From assembly GCF_009914755.1 (NCBI RefSeq), contig NC_060926.1: a stretch of 64,000 bases of DNA. One strand, given 5' to 3'. Positions 60,459 to 64,000 of the stretch are shown piece after piece; position 1 is the stretch's first letter, and each line of letters opens with the position of its first letter. The DNA is from the human T2T-CHM13v2.0 reference genome, Homo sapiens. The notes under the pieces were generated by a model that was not told where the DNA came from, searched no databases, and saw only the letters and a list, made by a program, of their open reading frames with translations. A program made the position numbers and the translations under genes.

Positions 60459-62883
60459 TCACCCATCAGAACCTCAGAAATGCTATCTGGGGTCAGCTGT
60501 GCATTTTTCTTTGTTGGTGGCCCATTGGACAGGCAGGTCACTTCTCGTCCTCCGAGGAGTAGATGGAAAAAAGGTCAGTTTGAAGCTCAAGGACAGCTGA
60601 GGACCGAGGCATGCCATTTAAGGGGAGTTTGGTACTTGGACCCAAGTATTCCCAGAGTGGACGCACTTGGGCTTGGAGACCCTAAACAAAGAAACCTTAG
60701 AAATGCTCTACTTTTCCTTTGTTAGTAGCAAAATAGCCAGCTCGCTGGGTTCTCGGCCACACATGGGCACCCGGAAGCCATCTACAGGCGCTCCCACGGC
60801 AGGAATGGGAGGAGGGGGCTCCTCAGCTTTTCTTGCTCAGCCCCTCCTCCCATGAGCTGCCCAGGCCTGTGTCCTGATGGAAGGACTCCAATCCCTCTCC
60901 TTCCTCCCTTTTGGTTCTCATGCTAGCCCTCAGTGCCTCCCCGATAGGCTGGGTCTCTGAGGCACTAGAGTGCTGCCACTGTCCTAAAACACCCCTGCAA
61001 GGGGTCACATGTCCTCCTGGCCTTACCACCTCTTTCTGGGCTGACAAACCCAGGCCTAGCTACACTGGACTTGACCTGGTTCCTCCCCTAGACCTACTCT
61101 CACGCAGTTCATCCCAGGGACCTCAGTTCCTGTCCACCTTGTCTCTCTCATGTCCACCTGGGGGCCACCTGGAAAATGCCTCCTTGTGCTTCATGGCTCA
61201 GTTCAAATCCTGCCTCCCCTGAGACACCTCTGGTAGACTTAGGTGTCTTTCCCCCTCAGCTTTATCCCTGTGGTCTCTCTGGGAGAGGGAGGATCTCCCT
61301 GCTCATGCACTGGTCTTCCCAGTAGACTTGGGGGTGGGGGTGTCAGGGCCTGACTTATGCCTTGCTGGATCTCCAGCAGCTATTTCAGTGTGTTTACTGA
61401 ATGAAAGGGAAGGAATTCTGTGCTAGGAATAGTTTGTGATTAGCAATTTGAAGTGGGTCACTAACCAACTGCTGTATTTAGCACCTCTCTTTTTTTTTCT
61501 AGAAAATATACCAACTTGGACAGCCATCCTCAGGGGCCTGCTGTTGAAATATTTCCTGAATGTTCACAAATTTCCTGGATGTTCAAAACATGTTGAATTC
61601 TACTCTCACAGAACCTCCAGTAGCCCACGAATTGGTCTGAAGGCCCTTGCTGGATGAACCAGAAGTGGGTCCTCTCTACCTAGCTACATCGAGGCTCCCC
61701 AGTCTTACTGAGAATGAGGCCCAGAACACAAGAGTTTGTATGGTTCTTGCTGACGTACAATAGATTTCAGGGGTTGGGGAACTGAGGACATCATCTCAAA
61801 AGTACCACAATTGATGAGTAGCCCTATGAAATGCTTTTGTGTTAAAGCCTGTTTAGGAAATAGAATGGGGACATGAGCAGGTATGATATACCTGTGTCCA
61901 CCTGCTTACACCTGCTGGGAGGGGACAGCAGCACACACCTGGAAGCATGGAGTGGCTTGCCGTCCAAGCTGACCAGAACGCAGGGCCTGTGCTGGAGTCC
62001 TGGGCCTGCTGCTGACCTACAGGGTCTTGGCCCAGCCACACTGGGCACCTCAGCTCCTCTGTCTGCCCCATGTGATGCCCCTACTTCATTCAGTCCATAA
62101 GCACTCACCAAGGCAGGTGCGGTGCGGGACACTGGACAGTGACAGATGAATAACATAGGTCTTGGCCCCCCGAGCCCATGAGCTACCAGAGATAATAAGC
62201 ATCCTCACTGAGGCCACTGCTGGGTTTATGGATGCAGATGGCTGCCAGGGCCCTCCTGAGGTAGGAGGCACCCAGCTGCCCTGGTAAGAAATACAGGACT
62301 GTCTTATCAAAATAACCCTCCTGTGTTCACTCTTTCATCAAGGACTTGAGTCTGTGACCTCAAAGGCATGAGGTGGCCTTGGGGCATTCTGTGGGGCTCC
62401 ATGTTGGTCTCTGAGCTCTTACAAAGGCCAGCTTGACCCCCAACCCTAGGAGGCACTCTTGGCTGGGTTCTCCTTCCCACCTGGCTCCAGGCTGAGGCCG
62501 TCCATTGCCAGCGTCCAGGGCTGCTGGCTGAGCAGGACACTGCTGCACTGGGCCTGGCACGCACCTCCTCTGTGCAGAGATCGAGTTGCTCTGGAGAGGT
62601 GTGACATATGATGGTGAAACTTGGCAAGAGTGGCTTCAGTGACAGAAAAATACATGCCAGGTCCCTAAGCCCAACTCTGCCGAAGGCCTTCTTCCAGCCA
62701 GAACCCTAGTGCCTAGTGGTGCAAAGACCTTCTCTCCACTCCACACCTTGCAGGAGCTGCAGGGCCAAGAACTGCACCTGGGTTCTCAATTTGTTTTGCA
62801 AATGAGCCCTAAGGCTCACGTATATGGTTTGCCTTGTCACTTTTGGACGTTTCCATCATCCTCAACAGATAGTGATGGGTTAT

Positions 62884-62885
<2 letters not shown>

Positions 62886-62917
<32 letters not shown>
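62886..62917. repeat. A32 homopolymer
   Basis: Direct read. Confidence 0.97.
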
Positions 62918-62920
<3 letters not shown>

Positions 62921-63714
62921 GTGCGTGAGAGGAAGTGCTCTGTACTCTTCCAACTTCTGCAAGCCCGAATCTACAGTGTCGCCATGTTTCCTTCCTGCCT
63001 TCTCCAAGGAGTTCCTTGATGGCAGCAGGGAGCCAGCATCCTGCATTAGGGTGGCCTGGTCTTGCAGCTGCTTGGAGGGTGTTGGCTACGGCACTGATGT
63101 GCATTATTGTATTCAAAACTGACAGACGCAGTCACATCCTTAGCCGAGATGGAAGGCTGAGTTTACCAGTACAAGGAGAACCAAGCTCGATGCTAAATGA
63201 GGCTTTGAAGCAACAGGAACAGGTCCTTGCCCCTCAGGAGGGGAAGGGGAGCCCCCCCCAGAAACACAAGGTGATTTGGAAGAACTCAATTTACACCCTT
63301 GGCTCCCGTGGGCTGGGGGATCAGCAGAGGGCAGGATAATCCCAGCTTCTCGAGCAGATGGTTTCTGACTACCGCTTGACCCAGTTCCCTCCCAGCAGAT
63401 GACTGGCAGCGGGGCTGACAGCTCCTCCACTAGGGGAGCAAAGTGTGGACCCTCCTCCCAACCTCCTCTTCCCTCCTCCCACCAGCAAGGACACGGCGGC
63501 TTTTGCCCCTCCCTGGTGCCAGGTCAATGGGCAGGATGCTGCATCTTCTTGAAGGCTTGAAGGCAGGGAAACCTCACCCATATTCTCTCCCTTTCCACAG
63601 CCCTGTCCAGCCCAGGTGGGGCTGACAATGAGAAGGGCTGGCCAGGAACACTCCTGTGAGGGCTTGTGTTGGGGAGTGGGGGTTGTGAACTCCTTCATTG
63701 GCTTTATGGCTTCT

Positions 63715-63990
63715 CTCATTTCTTCATTCAATCATTACTTCAATAAGTTCTCCCTGATCATCTGCCAGGTCTGGCACCAGATAGGGCCCAGGAAGTCTGC
63801 TTCCCATGCAGGAGACAGACAAGGGAGGAGATAACAGCCAGGCACTGGGCTGAGAGCCTCACTCAGGTAAAAAACTATACAGGGCACAACCGGGTCAGGG
63901 AAGGCTTCGCCAAGGAGGAGAGACTGGGCTGACTCTGAGAGCCTGAGAATGAGTTTGTCAAGTAGCTGGTGGCTGTGGTGACGGAGACAG
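63715..63990 (-). mobile_element. L2 3' fragment
   Basis: cattcaatcatt...tgccaggtctggcac...gtcagggaaggcttc...ctgggctgactctga. Confidence 0.55.
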
Positions 63991-64000
63991 CCGGGTGGGC

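Noticed and set aside
62709-63122. Poly-lysine ORF
   Set aside because: It is produced by the A32 homopolymer.

Overview
Mammalian, most likely human, genomic DNA: it contains primate Alu, L1PA and THE1 elements and an AluYa-lineage insertion. The first ~15.5 kb holds the 3' half of RALB (Ras-like small GTPase) on the + strand: three coding exons (6629-6837, 10335-10512, 13896-14015; residues 39-206 ending in CAAX CCLL) and a ~1.45 kb 3'UTR with AATAAA at 15444. The remaining ~48 kb has no recognisable protein-coding gene. From memory of human 2q14.2 it is the interval leading to INHBB, which is not visible here. It is rich in Alu, L1, L2, MIR, MaLR LTR and DNA-transposon fossils and becomes more GC-rich after a CpG-rich, CTCF-motif-bearing segment at ~33.7-35.4 kb. 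I found no evidence of a new multi-gene system; nearly all ORF-track entries are repeat-derived or chance ORFs. The best leads are a candidate 75-nt poison exon in RALB intron 2, an Alu-bracketed frame-preserving exon 3-4 circle, a hAT transposase fossil split by an L1, a very young AluYa, a zero-spacer inverted Alu-in-Alu, and a 326-bp pure pyrimidine tract. Repeat subfamily names and most repeat boundaries were called by eye and are approximate.
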